A stretch of DNA of 64,000 nt from Phoronis australis (lineage: Eukaryota > Animalia > Phoronida): NCBI GenBank assembly GCA_002633005.1, contig NMRA01000033.1:1014611-1078610 (forward strand). The letters are read 5' to 3'. Position 1 is the first letter of the stretch. Each line of letters starts with the position of its first letter. The notes under the pieces are model-generated. The model did no database searches, had not been told where the DNA came from, and saw nothing but the letters and a program-made list of their open reading frames with translations. The translations under genes were made by a program, and so were the position numbers. Below are positions 49,351 through 61,863 of the stretch, one piece after another.

Positions 49351-50883
49351 CTAATCAATGAGAACCCGCGTCACAGAGATCGCACGTTACACGATCAATC
49401 CACAGTGCTGCCTCTCGTAACATTGGAAATGAGTGCACGTGACACTAGGAGTCCCACGTGATCTATTCCTTTTTCTTCCTGAAGTCTACTTAAAACTTGG
49501 AGACTGTAAACGCAGTCCAGCAGATTTCTAATCTTTGAAAGTAACCAGTTGTTTTTGCTTTGGGTTAAGGACGGAATGTCCTTACGATAAAGTCTGACGA
49601 GGTTCATTTTTAAATATTTAAGCAACGCAATAGTTGATGCTTTTTAGTTTGACAACTTAAGAAGCGCGCTCAAATTTGTGAGAGTTATCAACACAGAAAA
49701 TTAACTCTTTCGTTGAATACATTTTGCAGGCAATATTTGTAAAACTGAGATAACTTCATTTTAAATTAAAGAAATCACTAAAATATAACACCATGTACCT
49801 GCGTAAATTAGTAATTGTGTTAGAAACGTCTCAAGCATTTCAACGCTACTGTGTGGCGAAAGAATTATTTTACCGCAGTGCCCTCTTTTGAGACCGATGA
49901 ACACAATCACTATGTACACATTTGCGAGGTTTAGAAACAGAAAGATTCACCAATCGAAAGAAATCACTGAAATACCCACGTACAGGTGTTTGCGTTTTTA
50001 GGACCACCTGTTAGCCTGGATGGCAGACATCCAACAAATCTTAAACAGTAGTTATCGAAACAATTTCGTGATCGCGCCTCTAAATTCCTGCTGCGACCCC
50101 CTAAACTGCAGTCCCAGACCAGCTGACAGCAAATCCGCGGTTAAAAGCCCCCAAATCCGAACCCGCCTTAAACAGTACACACGCACAATTACCATTCCCT
50201 AGTCTCAGGATCTTCCAAGCTCTCGCCTCTATATTCCAATTGCGCACTAGAGGTACGGCCTTGAAATCTGGTCGCCATGATTGGAGTTTAGTCATTTTCG
50301 GCGCCGGTGGAGTTAGGATACGGTGTTGGTGTTTTTACTCCGGGTTTTGGTGTTTGTGAATCCGGGAATGGAGTTCAGGGATTGCCTGCTAGGCGCGTTT
50401 ATGGAATTGTTTCCTCCCTTGAAACAGCTTCGTTATTACTAAATTTGTGTATTGTTGGTAATGCCAACTACTAAACAAGGGTAAACCAGATTTTCTGTCT
50501 AGGTGTTGTACTTCCAACCATTGTCAAAATGTGTTACGGAACCAGAATGACGTAACTACATCCTGGTATATGTTACTGCTACATACGACTAATTCTACGC
50601 GTTAAAAGTACATAAGTGCTGTAAATCTGCTTTCTGACTTAAAAATTAACGTCAACTTGTTCTTTTTAGAATTTTAAGTTTTTTCTCGGATGTAGAGATA
50701 TTTTTTTGTTTTAGATTATGCTCGGTGCAAAAAGTAAAACTCCGGGTCAAGCAGAAGTTTAGAAACCAATTCTAATCCGGATAAGGAACAAGTAATATTG
50801 CTTTAAATCTGCAGTTATTTTTGGCCGAAGATGAGATTAAAACATGAATTGTGTGTTGTTGCTACATCCACGTTTGTCCTTAG

Positions 50884-52692
50884 CTACAGGCGTCCATCGT
50901 GCACTCTGACGAGGTGCTTGTAGCGAGGTATCTTCGAAGAGTCGTCTTGGATGGCAACTTTCACTTTCGTACCATGGACATTATTCGGCGTAATCCCAAT
51001 CGATCCACGTTTTAATTTAGGAATGTTTGACTTCGTCGCTCTATCTTTGCTAACCTTATTAGAAACTTTTGCAGCGTTTTGCGATAGGTCTTTATTGCTG
51101 GAAAGCTCACTGCTGGTCACGTCGTGTTCTTGCACCGCCACTTTCGGTAATTTGGCATCGGTAATTCCACGAGCATTATTGTTTTGTTTGGGACTTGAAG
51201 ATTCGATCTTCGTCTTTTTACCTTTACTGTTTTTCGAGACATTTAAATTTTCAGCTTTATTTAGTGTAGTATCCTTGTCTTTCGACTCTGAACTATTGTC
51301 TGAAATGGTGGCTGCTTCAGTAGTTTTCGATGATTGTTTGTTCTGATGGCTCGTTAGAGTTCTACTTATGGTACGAGTATCAAAGTTAGGAGAAGACATA
51401 ATGCTTGTGGTCGTTCCATCGCGAGGAGACTGAGGTCCGCTTGATAACGCTTTACCCATAATACTTTTCATTCTGTCAGTGTTGGTAATAAGTAGTGCCA
51501 ATTCTTTTTCCTTTTTTCGAACCTCGTCCTTGCCAACTGCGATAGTTCTTTCGAGCGACGCTATTTCGAGTGACACAGTGTCAACTAAACGTATGAAGTT
51601 CGGTTTAATCTCACCTTCCAAGCAATAGTCCTCCAAGAGAATCGCCTTGCGGTAATCGACTAAGAACATGCGATTTCTGTAGCCAGATAAACTTGCCTTT
51701 AGTTGCGCAATTTCCGTAACCGTCTTCGAATACTCTTCACTTCCTTTTTGAAATTGTTTCATTCTGCTGTGTAACATTTTAGTATGTTTTATACAAGCTT
51801 TATATTGCGAGTCAAGCTTCACATTCTCTTCCTCTGTAACAACTCTTTCATGTTCAAGGATTTCTTGCCTTTTTTCTCGAGCCTGCAAAACTAAGTGCTT
51901 TTCTCTCAGCACCTTAAGCAACTGCTCGTCTCGCAATAGGTCTCGTGACAAACTGTTTATGATTTCCCTGAGTTCTCCTGTATTCTTCTCAAAAGCACTG
52001 CGATTTTGCGTCGGGGTCAACACATTTGGATAAATTTTATTGGCTAATGTCCACCAGTCTTTTGCTAATTCCACAGATTTGTAACACTTTACAAACACAT
52101 CAGGTATAAGGCGGAAAACAGGTTCAAATTTATCACGCTTTGGGAACGATGATATATCGTAATGGCTGTCAGGATCGAAGTCGGCGACGTTGATTTGTCC
52201 ATCCGAAAGTATTCGCTCCCATTGTTGATTAAGCTGAAACATGATGCTGACTTTTCGAAAAAGTTTTCCCTTCAGATTCAATTCGTCCTCTGGCGTCAGG
52301 ACTTCGTTCCCTCGCTCAGTTTCTCCAATAGTGGTCATTTCGTCACGATGGTTATAAACATCATCCAGAGGATTGTAAAAGTAATCGTAAAGACACTTGT
52401 ATATTCGCTCGTCAAAGTAAGACTTGAGAGTTTTCATGAAAGACACGTCGTTAAAAAAGGACTCAAAATACTTGACCACATGCGTTTCTTCGTCTTTTAG
52501 AATTCCCTTTCTCTTGTTCGAGCTGTTCTGTAGTTGCGTCAGTGCTTCCCTGAGTTTGGAGATGGAGTTGACGACTTCAACCACCGTTGACTTGTCATCT
52601 TTAACGATCTTCGTCCCTCGTATTGTGGCAATGCCGTTCGTAACAGCCTGGAATAAACCAGGACAAACTAAAGTGACGCTAGCTTGTGACAT
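50884..52692 (-). CDS. Intronless 602-aa uncharacterised coiled-coil protein with a basic, Ser/Thr-rich disordered C-terminus carrying two SxIP motifs
   Basis: 1809-nt uninterrupted ORF in AT-rich DNA where other ORFs are mostly under 130 aa. An in-frame TGA lies directly before the ATG. There is a long E/K/L-rich heptad-like region and no transposase or RT motif was recognised. Confidence 0.85.
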   Translation of the reverse strand: MSQASVTLVCPGLFQAVTNGIATIRGTKIVKDDKSTVVEVVNSISKLREALTQLQNSSNKRKGILKDEETHVVKYFESFFNDVSFMKTLKSYFDERIYKCLYDYFYNPLDDVYNHRDEMTTIGETERGNEVLTPEDELNLKGKLFRKVSIMFQLNQQWERILSDGQINVADFDPDSHYDISSFPKRDKFEPVFRLIPDVFVKCYKSVELAKDWWTLANKIYPNVLTPTQNRSAFEKNTGELREIINSLSRDLLRDEQLLKVLREKHLVLQAREKRQEILEHERVVTEEENVKLDSQYKACIKHTKMLHSRMKQFQKGSEEYSKTVTEIAQLKASLSGYRNRMFLVDYRKAILLEDYCLEGEIKPNFIRLVDTVSLEIASLERTIAVGKDEVRKKEKELALLITNTDRMKSIMGKALSSGPQSPRDGTTTSIMSSPNFDTRTISRTLTSHQNKQSSKTTEAATISDNSSESKDKDTTLNKAENLNVSKNSKGKKTKIESSSPKQNNNARGITDAKLPKVAVQEHDVTSSELSSNKDLSQNAAKVSNKVSKDRATKSNIPKLKRGSIGITPNNVHGTKVKVAIQDDSSKIPRYKHLVRVHDGRL

Positions 52693-55600
52693 TCAAGAAT
52701 GCCTTCAAAAACCAGGTGGAAATAATCCCACAGTCGCGCCTCTTAATTGCAGGTTTGGCCGGTTTCAATATCAGGCATTATCATGTGTCTTACTCAGATA
52801 ACGATTTGGTGACAGTTGAAGCTGAGGGTTTGAACGATTCAATGGCAGCGCCTCTAAATTCCACCGTCCAGTCCCTACATGTAAGTCCTAGTTGCTTATC
52901 AGCAAACGCTCAACACGCGTCAAATCTCCTTACCACCGCCTATAAACGCCATTCGAGGGTTTTTTATATTTATTTTTGCCGGAGGATCGATTGTGGTTAG
53001 TAGGGGCCATCCACTGTTTTTAAAAGCGTACAAATTTCAGTAAATGCTCTGCGCTGTAACGGAAGAAATCTTATAGATCGCTAGTAAGTTTGTACCCCAT
53101 ATGATCAACGCTAATATTTTACCTTCATCTACCGGCTGGAGACCTGCAACCCAAAACCATTTCGCGACTTCGTCTTACTATACATTCGTCATAGTTCATT
53201 TGAACAGCGCACCTCGTTCGCAAGTTGTTTATGTTCTTTTATGACCAGAACTTCCGCATAGCAAATCATGGTCTGTCCCCCTCCCCCCCTCATCGCGAAT
53301 CTGGTAGTACGTCCAAACATCCATTGGGCACTGGGTTTCAGAAATCGATTAAAACTTTTGTGTCATCGTATGCTTCTGCATTGTACCTACAAATATGCAT
53401 GTTCACCTGGTCTTCAAATTTTTGTATACTCATTGCCTTCAAGAGCTCTTATAGTACGCTCATGTGCCTAATGTAGACCAGCTGACTATATGAAGGTCTT
53501 TTAAATGACGCGGAAATGGCTGCAATGCATGTAATTCTGGAACGAGGAATAACACAATTTTAAAACAGCGTCTAGTTGAAAGGATCCAAGATTTTGAGTT
53601 AAGGGGGCCAGGCCAGAGTATTGGCTGGGATTTTGCCTGTCAGACATCCGCAGCCTTAAACTGCCAAATGGAATCTGGGAGAATTTTAGGGAGGCCATGG
53701 CCCCATTGCCCCCTCCCCTAAATTAATCCGCCACATGATACACCAAGAATGGCAAAATGAGTTGCGATGGGTGTTTTTGTTGACGTAGACATTTCTCTTT
53801 ACAACATGCCAATACTGTTCGGTTTGTTACCAACTGGGACTCTGCACTCGCATAAGAATACTTTAATCATTATGAAACACCGGAATAGCGACTGGAAAGC
53901 CGAAAAGACCCTTCCTACTAATGGCTTAAACATGAAAACTATGAAATAGTGCGGTTAAATTGTGGCTAAACTGGTCTCCGGAATGTCTATGCCGTGACAG
54001 CAAATAATGTCTTCTACGTGCAACCAATAAGAATGAATGATCTACTTTGGGGATGAAAATCGCTGTTTCATATACAGCATGAGCAGGTTTGAAATATCTT
54101 TTGTATGACCGTGGACTGGGTAAAAAGGTTACGTTTTAGAAAGTAATGTCCCTTTAAATCCTAAATGCTAAATTGTATAGAATGTGTAGTACCTGTAGCA
54201 TGTGGTATAGTTTCTCCTTGTGGAATCTTGACATTGCATGCTGGGCGAGTCGTTCAAACGCCGATAGCTGTCTCTGCAGGTTCTCATTTTGTGACGCCCT
54301 GGTACCCTGTTCCATGTTTTGTGGGCGTGTCTGCAAATGAGGCAACATATTTCTCTTCACTCATTATAAACGGCCAGTGTTCTGGTACCTTAATGAACTG
54401 TGTTTTGTTCGGCGCATGTTAAATATTCACAAAAAACACGATCACGTTTCAAACGTGACAATACCTGCCGGCACACAGAAATACATAATATGTTAAGGCT
54501 ATAATCAAGTCGAAACAAATCGAATATTTGAGAGCCATCAAATATTAATACATTAGCAGAGGATTTATTTTATTCAGGAGTTTAAATTGACGCCTGCCTT
54601 TTCGAGTGTACGAGACATATCTGGTCGATAAGTGTTACCACCATACGCCAAAACCCACTTACCATGTAGATGAACAAGAACCTGATCAGGGTTCAGGCTT
54701 CACTACAGCATTGGCTCCCCCTTTAGGGATTCAGACTCTGTTAATTACGCGTAAAACGCTTTGAAATCCAGTAACATACATGTACATTGGTATTGTCTAG
54801 AATTTGTGTTGAGCGACTCGGGGGGCTATCGGGAAACTCATTTCTGTGGTAGTCTGCTAACTAGGAGCTCCAAAGGTGCTATTTCTGCCTCTGGTCAAAC
54901 CGGAGCCGTCCCAGACGCATGTGTCGGTCCATCACTCATATATACCATTGCTTAGATACAAATAATAAACCAAAATACACAAACGGTTTAGTTGCTTTGT
55001 TTACTTACATAATACGCCTTCAATAAGTCTTCATCCGACATAGTCTCGTTTTGTTCTCAAACCTTTCCCGTTCAAGATTCTCGGACCCTCTTGTTCTAGT
55101 CAGCGTGTCCAATCTTAGCCATTTCCATCTAATTTACAGTAACTTCACGAGTGTTTCACATGATGGCTAGATGTCATTAACTGCAAAAATGTCCAGAATT
55201 CGAGAGACCTGCATCTTGATGTCCCATACATTCCTCAGGCAGCAAGACAAAATCAAAGCAACCGATAACAGTTTCTCAGAAACCTACCACATGTTTTTGT
55301 TAATTTCTCCAGGCGTAACCTAGGCCAACTTCCTGAAACTCTACAGCATTGCCTATGCCATTCATAACAATCAACCTATTTCAAATTGTCTAGCGAATTA
55401 ATCAATACCACTCCCAACTGCATCAAAAAGTCGACAATACGGCAGAGTCTACTGACGTGTCAACTCATTGTGAGAATAACTACGGCGTTAGATAATATAC
55501 TGTATGTTGTCTAATGACGCAACGGAGCTACATGTACACTGTAGGTGTCGCTGTTCAGTGGCAATGACAGGCCCTCCTTTGAGAGTGAATTTGTCTGCAT

Positions 55601-57635
55601 ATAAAAATGGATTGTTTTCCAAAGGACGGTGACTAAGATAGCACATGTTGCGGCTTAGTAGGAACTGAGTAGCATATAATATTTTTAAGCTTCAGTTTCA
55701 CTATACAATGAAGACTTCTCAGTGCATGTAGGTGTTGTAATACGAGTATGGCGACCCGGTTGAACGCAGCCCCAAACACTCAGGGCTACCGAATTCCGAG
55801 ACTCTTGTCAGTCAATGAGTCCTCATTAGAGATTCCCATTCTCAATGGGATCAAAACAGGGAAGGTAAAATGACGACGTGAAGCCCAGCAATCTTTTCAA
55901 ATCGAACGTACATGTAAGAGCGATAGGTAGACGAAAAAAATACTTACGATGATGTTTTGTTTTGTCCGCCTGTAATAACAGTCTCACTTCTCCACACACG
56001 TTCCACTTTTACCTGGAGATAAAAGTTTAAACTCGATTATCTATCATTAATAGAACCCTGTAAGTTACTCGCGTTTGAGATATCCGTCATTTTTGATTGG
56101 CGAAGCAGTAGGTAGCGAAGATAGATGTGAGGCGATTTGATCGAAGCATTTTTATCAAAGATAGGCCTATGATCATACTATAATTTATAACGCATAACCT
56201 ATTGCTATAATAAATTACCTATAGCCTTCGAAATTGATTCATTCCACCAATGACGCAAATTGGCATTTGGCAGACATACAATATCTCGATGTGTAATAAT
56301 CACGTAACACTAATTCATGGTATAACAGTTTGATATCGATTCCGCTACTTCGCCACCGTTCCGTTTTAACTGTATAGTTACCTTGTGGTAGTCTAGACTA
56401 CAATCGAACACTAGAGCTGAAACTGTCTTGAACCGTCCAATCGTGTGATTCCTCTGGCTAGTTGGTCTCTCGCATTACCTGGTTTCATTCGCCTGCATTA
56501 CGCCAGTAAGTTAGCTAAATGTACCCTGAATTACCAATCGCTTTTCCACACGCAATGTTCTTTGGTGGCCCGTAAGATAGGCCTACTCGGTTCGGCGGTC
56601 AAGGCTAAATCCAATAGCAACTCCTCAATAGCCTTGCAACAAAGGGGCTTTAGAAAAACAAATATAAAACGTTCTACGCGCCTGCTACACTCGGCAAATA
56701 TATCCCGAAGTGGTATAATCACGTATAGAATCGGTAGACGAGGTGTTTGTTGACATAAGGATGACTATCTAAGTTCGCCGTTAACAAAGCAATCAATCAG
56801 ATATACTTTTCGGTCGATTTTGAACTTCATGACAAGTAAATCGTAATTATCGTTTGACTACAAGCGTAATACATCTTGCAGTTTTGCAAGCTATAGGGAG
56901 ACTAGATACAATGTACTTTAGGATTTGAAAAAATGTTTTTCTTCGACGAGAAAATTTCTCCATTAAACAGGAGCGTCCGCAATCAATGATTACACTAACG
57001 GCTTTCAGAGGAGAAGTTGCGAATCCAATCTCACTGTACTGACCGATGCTTTCCTTGAAGGCATTTTGTTCTTAATACAGGTTGTCCCAAAATGTTGTAT
57101 CCACACTTCAAATGACAACCACTGGGCTTTTTGTTGACCAAGGAACATGAGCACTGGTTTAGATTAATAAAACTATGTGATTAATGGAAATTAATTCTTT
57201 TAAAACAAAATAAATGCGAATTTCTTTTAACTTGTTGCATTTCCCTGACGTTTTTTGAGTTCCAGAAGTAGCAGTTCACAATAAATTTCCGTTCTCCAAA
57301 CCCGAGTCGCTTGTGCATAGAGCACACAGGACAGTTAACGCGGCTACTCCTACTGCAAGGTGTAACCATAGATAAAATACATGTACATGTATCTATGCAG
57401 TAGGCATACCGTAGGGCTGGTAAAGAATCTGAGCCACATGAACTGAATTGGAACTCCCAACCCTGAAGTGCGAGACATAACGGGACACGCTGTTTACGCA
57501 TTTTCATGGTGAACAAACGAACAGAACAAAAAAAACACATTGTACGACACCAATTTTTATTTCAAATGACATAAGAGTCATCTAGTACTATAAATAACGT
57601 GACACAAACCAAAATGAAAGCGCTCCGAGGAGCGG

Positions 57636-57940
57636 CACTTGGCGAAATTAACAGAAAAGACGACGATAGAGATGATGTCGAAGAAGACGAATATGACGAC
57701 GATGGTGCCAACAATTCAAGTAATGATAATATTCACAAGACGAACGTAGAGGCCAGACATCAGAAAGTATACGCTACAGTCTTGAACGACACTTGGCGAA
57801 ATTAATTGAAAAGACGACGAATGAGATGATGAAAAAGATGACGAATATGATGACGATGGTGATGATGCTGAACAACATCATAACATTCATATGAAGCACT
57901 TAGATGTCATAAATCAGCAAGAAATAGGCTACATTCTTGT
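57636..57940. repeat. Diverged 154-bp tandem duplication with GAY-rich interior
   Basis: cacttggcgaaattaa..gaaaagacgacga...gacgaatatga.gacgatggtg...gctaca.tcttg at 57636 and 57790. Confidence 0.75.
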
Positions 57941-59031
57941 TCAATAGAAACTAAACCAACATCAATGCAGCAAGAGCGCTCAACAAAGGAAAATCTCGAA
58001 TAATTCAAAAAGTAGACGTCCTAGCAAAAAATGGAAAACATCTTCTGAAAGCCCGTTCAAAACTCTATACAAACTGATGGTATCGCCTAATTCCGTAAAT
58101 TTTTCGAAAAAATGAAATTTTGCGTTTTTTTAGAATTGCAAAGTCAAATAACTCGAAAACGGTAAGTCTGAGAAAAAACTTGTTCCATACCATTTGAAAG
58201 AGTATACCTCAAAGAATCCACATGCAAAAAATCATAATAATTCGTCAGTACAATATCTCAAAAGTATGCTAAACCGTCACTGTTCCGATGATTTCAACCA
58301 ATCCTCGTTTTGTTACATGCTATTGTATCATGGGAGTCAATGTTGCAAGCTAAAGGCAGAAATCAGCCAAAACTCCTACTCCCCATCTCACAAAGTGGAT
58401 GTTGTGCTCCTTGATGGGAGGGCTTTTCCCAGAATTGCCGTGTAATTCGCTAAAAGCGTACATGTAGGTCACGCTTGCCGTTTACCAGACTTAGAAAAGA
58501 GAAGAGTTTTCAAATTTTCCGCCAAACTTTTGACGGTTGTCGAGGAATACATATCATTATTTTGTTTCAGGAAACTGCGTGCGAAAGTCGTTTTATAGTA
58601 TCTGTTAATATGCAAAAAACTGGGTTTGCTATCCTTTTAACTAAAACGAGACAGCAAATTTGTAAGGGTCATTATTATGTCGAACACACAAAATCCGACG
58701 CAATCGAAGATTTCTCCTACACCCTCTGGAAGCAGCGTTTGGAAGGAGTTACCCGTTAGAGGACGTTATGGAAACTGAAATTTTAGGAGATGGCAAAACG
58801 TGGAATGCTTCCTCTAGGCAGCAGTACTGTTGTTGCATTAGGGTCACTGCAGATGGAGAGTTACAAGCTGAGCTAAGCAGTTTACCTCACGTGAAATTTA
58901 CCTCCCGACATTGTTACAAACACACTAAGTCAAAATGCCCATTGACTGTAATCATGATGCGTTAAAATGCAGCACACAGCGTTCAGATTTGACGTTAGAT
59001 ATGAGCGGATATCATTTTCGTTCGGGGCATT

Positions 59032-59607
59032 TAGTCTGCCTCTGCGCTCGCTGGTTCCCTGCGTGCTTAGCCCAGCCAGCACGCAGGTATCACCTAGTGG
59101 CACGTGCTTTAGCATTGGTCGATGTAATCTTGGCAGTCATTGGTTAGCTTTACAACACCGTGAAAAAATGGCGGACTGTGAACGATTTTTAGCCTTCGTT
59201 TCTGAAGTGATGTTTAATAGCCGCGTGCTTGAAGCACATACATGCACAATAAACACATATTATGTGGCCGATTTAACCGGTGTGTTATTCATACTGTATA
59301 AGGACACTATCGTAAACAAAAGTCATCGACAGTAGAAAGATGTATTCCGAAAAGGCTCAATATTACAATTTCTAGGCTTCACATTTCCTGAACATAATTT
59401 TAAGCACCGATTTGTCTGTACAACAGACCACATTTACACTTCAGTCCATCAGTCATGCCAGTTTGTTTGCGCAAAGCGCTGCCTGTTGAGAATTCGACTA
59501 GCCAATCAGAAACGCCGGTGTAAAAAAATTTACAGAGGAAATTTAAGTGATACCTGCGTGCTGGCGCGGCTACCGCCCCATCTAGCGGCACGCAGGGAAC
59601 CAGCGAG
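59032..59607. mobile_element. Non-autonomous DNA transposon with GC-rich TIRs; right end runs into the assembly gap
   Basis: ctcgctggttccctgcgtgc (59047) / gcacgcagggaaccagcgag (59588-59607) is a perfect 20-bp inverted repeat. A second pair is gccagcacgcaggtatcac / gtgatacctgcgtgctggc. Confidence 0.7.
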
Positions 59608-59968
59608 NNNNNNNNNNNNNNNNNNNNNNNNNNNNNNNNNNNNNNNNNNNNNNNNNNNNNNNNNNNNNNNNNNNNNNNNNNNNNNNNNNNNNNNNNNNNN
59701 NNNNNNNNNNNNNNNNNNNNNNNNNNNNNNNNNNNNNNNNNNNNNNNNNNNNNNNNNNNNNNNNNNNNNNNNNNNNNNNNNNNNNNNNNNNNNNNNNNNN
59801 NNNNNNNNNNNNNNNNNNNNNNNNNNNNNNNNNNNNNNNNNNNNNNNNNNNNNNNNNNNNNNNNNNNNNNNNNNNNNNNNNNNNNNNNNNNNNNNNNNNN
59901 NNNNNNNNNNNNNNNNNNNNNNNNNNNNNNNNNNNNNNNNNNNNNNNNNNNNNNNNNNNNNNNNNNNN
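59608..59968. other. Assembly gap (N run)
   Basis: Run of n characters. Confidence 1.

Positions 59969-60004
<36 letters not shown>
59969..60004. repeat. (CT)n microsatellite abutting the gap
   Basis: Direct reading. Confidence 0.95.
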
Positions 60005-60007
<3 letters not shown>

Positions 60008-60745
60008 CCGTAACCACGCAATGGGATCTCCATGCCAGTTCTGACGTAACAATTTTGTTCCAATATTCTAGTAATACTTAAAATCGCCATATTAAACTAA
60101 CGTATTGTTCATAACAATAAGTAACTGGCTCATAGGCTCATTAGTAGATATGCTGCGTGCAACAATTAATAAATAACTGGAATTATGATGATCCTAAACA
60201 CAGACAGAACATTGCCTGGTTAGGCTGCATCCTTGCGAGTGCTGCAAAATTGATACAAAAACATTCTCCCATTGGCGTCGCGCTTTTTAGCCTCGTTATG
60301 GTGGGTTGGTACGGTGAACTCACGCCACAACGACTTGCTTCAAATCGAAGGCTCCTTTAGTCTCTTGTTGTGATAAAAATCAGCTCCAATTCACCGATTT
60401 TGTTCATTGAAGACGTCAATCTAGTTATTTCTTCAACAGTGGGTCACCGTTGGCTACCTATAGAGGAGCCTAACGTTTTTCTATTGTGTGGTTGTTTACA
60501 AAAAACAATAACAGAATTGTGTACCTCTTACTGTAACGTTGGACTAAAGTAACCTTTTTGCGACGAACAAAACAATTACAATGACCCCGTCCCACCTTCT
60601 GTGTTGTCGTTACCAACTGACATTTGTTATTGGACTTTGAGTAGCCAGTTTCTAGGCAGACAAAGCTCTGTTAGGTTGGTAACAAACTGAGAGCAAGACG
60701 TTTTTGTAGCGACAGGCATTGAATTTTAAGCGAATCATCGTAAAA

Positions 60746-61863
60746 ATGGCTGAGCAAGCAGAACAAGTAGTTGATTTGGTCAACCGCGACCCCAACAGCA
60801 TAAACGACAATGTGAACGTAAGTAATTTTAAAACATTTGTTAAGTCGTTAACATCGAGTTTTCTATGATGGATATTTGTTCTTGAACACTGCGAGGCAAA
60901 TACTGAACCATCACGTGATCATATTCATCAATCTATGTATAAGACTGTCCAATTAAGTATTTCAAATTCATTCGGTGTGGTAGCAAAAGTAGATTTCAGC
61001 TATTGTGTTAAAAAATGAATTATCGTTGACAATTGAACATTTTGTTCATTTTAAACAAAAAAATTCTGGAAGCAGTAAGCCGTTCAGTAGCGCTAGGAAG
61101 ACGCTAAAAAGCAAGATTTCGTGAGATTACGTGAGATATTGCCGTGCATTTCAAAATAGAACACGTGATTTTGGTTAGACTTTAGCGTTACTGAACTCTA
61201 CTCAGGTGTTCATCAGAATCTTTGGCAGTCATTTATTCTGCATAAAGAACAAGTTTAAACAACTGCAACGAGATCCAACTGAAAAAGCATAACGAGGCAA
61301 AAATGAGTGAAATACCTACAGGTATGTGTAAGTATGCAATTTTTAGTAGAGCAGCCAGGCATTGATACAACGATTAGCGAATTGCTCAAATCGTATTTTG
61401 GTATGCGACGGAATTACATGTAATATTGCAGTCTTAAGAATACTCCGAATCTTCTTACATGTACAAGAACTACCAATGAAAATTTGATTATCTCATAAAG
61501 TACATTTTATGGTTTTTGGTGTTTCTCCAGGTAGTATTTGAGGACGTGATCGCTGAGCCCGAATCCGCCCACTCCATTGACTGCGTTTGGGTCAACGCCT
61601 ACAAATGTTTCACTGGCGGCAAGAAATGTTGCTACCTTACCCTCTCCACCATCTGTGGTCTACCGATGGCTCTGTGTTGGGGATGCGAATTCGCCTGCAT
61701 CACCTTCTGCTTCGTCTGGGATGCCGTGCCATGTTTCAAGTCTTGTGACCTCATCTGTGGGTGCTTGGTCAAATTCTACAACACCTGTATCGTTTGCTGC
61801 CTGGCACCACTGTTCGAAACGATCGGCCTCATGTTCTCCAAAATTGTCGTCAAGCAAGGATAG
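60746..61863 (+). CDS. CAV: Caveolin, 134 aa: join(60746..60817,61531..61863)
   Basis: Exon 1 MAEQAEQVVDLVNRDPNSINDNVN|gtaagt carries the DLVNRDP motif. Exon 2 tttctccag|VVFEDVIAEPESAHSIDCVW carries the caveolin signature FEDVIAEP and the hydrophobic hairpin. The intron is phase 0. No orthology to a specific vertebrate paralogue is implied. Confidence 0.95.
61081..61196 (+). mobile_element. MITE family 1 copy in the caveolin intron
   Basis: cgttcagtagcgctagg...gagattacgtgagatattgccgtg...tagcgttactgaac. Confidence 0.75.

Noticed and set aside
50951-52801. Plus-strand ORFs of 112-131 aa
   Set aside because: Antisense shadows of the 602-aa CDS.
57599-57805. Acidic 68-aa ORF
   Set aside because: Arises from the GAY-rich 154-bp duplicated repeat; the second copy has stops in the same register.
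59400-60052. ORFs containing X runs and (RE)n
   Set aside because: They span the N gap and the (CT)n tract.
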